Shown here piece by piece: positions 61,922-64,000 of a stretch of DNA of 64,000 bases. Position 1 is the stretch's first letter. Each line of letters starts with the position of its first letter. Made by a program: the position numbers and the translations under genes. The notes under the pieces are model-generated. The model did not search any database. It worked only from the letters and a program-made list of their open reading frames with translations, and was not told where the DNA came from. Source of the stretch: Camelus ferus (Eukaryota); NCBI RefSeq assembly GCF_009834535.1, contig NC_045702.1, forward strand, positions 68,634,001-68,698,000, in the 5' to 3' direction.

Positions 61922-62210
61922 CAGTGATTCTCAAAGGGTTGTCTGTTCTGTCTCCAAGAGGGCATTTTAGAATCACTGGGTTTTTTTCTCAGCAATAGCT
62001 CCATGATACCCTGGTGCCCCATATTCAATTCTGATACCACAGATTTGATCAAACTCTGGGACTGCCGAGTCTTACTCCATGCTGTGTGGAGGTGGAGACT
62101 CTGCCTAGGAACACTGCCTCCCAGGACATCCTTGTATTGCACAACGTCAGATATGATAAGTGATCTGATCCTAACAACTGTTGGGAAATAGGGGGATGAC
62201 CAATTTCATT
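61922..62210 (+). mobile_element. MER20/MER20B-like hAT MITE, degenerate
   Basis: CAGTGATTCTCAAAGGG..GGGGCATTTTAGAAT at the start; GGACATCCTTGTATTGCACAA..CTGTTGGGAAA near the end; the middle diverges from what I recall of the consensus. Confidence 0.45.
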
Positions 62211-62767
62211 TCTAGCCAAAGAAACTACAATTTCAATTATATTGCTACAAATTGTGATCTTGTAATTTAGGCCCAAGTGTCCTATCTCCTATAATATTCA
62301 CATTTTCACAATTGTGGTAGCTTTCTTCCTGGAAGTTTTATAAGCACCATTCAATTTTTAAAATATAAAAATGAGAACTTATTGCCATTTGAAAACACTG
62401 TAGAATGCTCATTTTGATTAATGTCTGTATTAGCAACATACTATAATAGTTTGCAGGTTATGGGAAATCTGAAGAGAGGTCTTTAATCGGAAAAGAAATA
62501 CATAATTGAATAAAAAATAATAATAACCAAACAATAAAATTTCCCATGCTTTAAAGAAGAGACCAAACATATATTATCTTATGGACTATAATATGGTTAC
62601 TTTAGCAGTATTTTAAATGAACAAATTAGAACTCTGTCGATACATGTTTAATATAAGAGAATGAAAAACTAGTATAATTTTATCTGCAGAGAAATCATAT
62701 CTACCAAACTATTTATTAAAATTGTGAGACTTCAGGGGCTATCTAACATATATTTCCCCTGACTCTT

Positions 62768-62900
62768 TAATTAATTAATTAATTCATTAAGTAATAAGTT
62801 AAACTTTACCCTGTGCCAGAGGTTATGCTGAGCACTGAAAATAAAATAATGAGAAAAAGTTTCTGTTCTCTTTGAGATTAGGGTCTATTGAGGAAACTTA
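62768..62900 (-). mobile_element. L2 3' end
   Basis: (TTAA)n-TTCATT..CTGTGCCAGAGGTTATGCTGAGCACTGAAAATA..GAGATTAGGGTCTA. Confidence 0.5.
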
Positions 62901-64000
62901 TTATAATATAAAGTAATGAGAGCTAAAATAGTTACATACACCTAGCACCATAGAGTCGTGGGGAAGAGAGCTCCCAGAACACTCACAAAACATGGTGAAT
63001 AATTGTGCAATTCTTTCTGTTTTTAAGCAACCTCATATCCGGAGTCCCTAATGCAAAATCTTGATATAGAAAGATTAGCTTTAGGGAAATACAATAGCCT
63101 ATAATCATGAGTAATCCAACAAAATATGTAGACAATCTGTCATCAGGGAAGGTCTTCCACAATAGCAGAGAAGATATTACCAGCAGGAATGAAAACAGAT
63201 ACAGGATTTGATGGAAAAAAATAGCAGTAGAGATATAAATTAATAAATAAATAAATACATCCATCTCTCTAGGTCAAAATAGATACAGAAAGCTTTGTAG
63301 GTGCTTTTTATGTTGTGGTAGAAAATTTAAGAAAAAGGTACATTGGCATTGGTTATCAGGAATATACGTCACTAATTCTCAAAAAAACTTATAATTTGTT
63401 TTACAAGTCACAAGGATTGACACCTAGGCAATTCTCAAAATCTTGTTGAATAAATGGGTAAATATAAAAGAAGCAATGCGAGAAATAGGGTAAGTAAAAT
63501 GCTTTCAAAGCTGACTGGATTTGAGAATAAAGAAAGTGTATGCATATCTAAAATTGCATCTCTGGAACCATATTAGGCATGTTGGGCTATACACAGTGGC
63601 CAACACCTACAAACTCATGTTGACGGCCCCCAAAATAGATGACCACATTTAGCTTGATTCACTCAAATATAGTTCTTTCTCTAATTGTTTTTATTTTGGT
63701 TTAACAGAATTGAAATGGGTTTCACAGCATTATTAAATCTGCAGTAATTATTTAATATGTCAAAACAAGACCACCAAACTATCCGATTCCATCAAAAAAT
63801 CAAATGTTTATTTCTTCAAAGTTCCACAATGAGGAATACACTCGCTTAAAATTTGAAGTTCAAAAAATTAACTGGTGGGCTTTTTCCTATGTATCATCAA
63901 TACATTATTACAGTTAATTGCTAAACTTTGAAATAATAGAGTTAAAAACTGTGTGAGAACATGATTTGTTATAGTGGACATTAATTATTTTTATGCCTCA

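Noticed and set aside
62983-63264. 93-aa hydrophobic ORF resembling a membrane protein
   Set aside because: Its hydrophobicity comes from antisense reading of (ATAA)n and A-rich DNA, with no family motifs.
1-64000. Named host gene, CRISPR array, rRNA/snRNA gene, NUMT or intact retroviral/transposase ORF
   Set aside because: I recognised none. No peptide matched a protein I know, and the candidate exons on the two strands do not assemble into a convincing model. A genome alignment is needed to name the locus.

Overview
This is 64 kb of AT-rich, CpG-depleted mammalian DNA. Two tRNA-derived SINEs (GGGGAGGGTATAGCTC...GGTTCAATCCCCAGTACCTCC plus A-rich tail) and the type of L1 3' ends point to a camelid (Camelus/Vicugna/Lama); this is recognition from memory, not a database result. 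I recognise no protein-coding gene, RNA gene or CRISPR array. Every supplied ORF is 161 aa or shorter, and many derive from repeats or microsatellites. The window reads as intronic or intergenic DNA populated by old mammalian repeats (L1M, L2, MIR, MLT1/LTR33, MER5/MER20/MER33), younger lineage-specific insertions and microsatellites. The most unusual structure is a GC-rich 1.4-kb cassette at 37366-38750: two different L1 5'UTRs fused in convergent orientation, with no ORF1, ORF2 or 3' end between them. Each 5'UTR has an endonuclease-type TT/GAAAA site just outside its 5' end and a GTAAGA splice donor in its own sense direction, and a (GGGCAT)n G-quadruplex repeat lies inside. Several exon-like segments with good splice signals occur on both strands, but I cannot assign them to a known gene and such pseudo-exons arise by chance, so they are low-confidence candidates. 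Repeat subfamily names are by-eye resemblance and boundaries are approximate unless a TSD or splice dinucleotide is cited.
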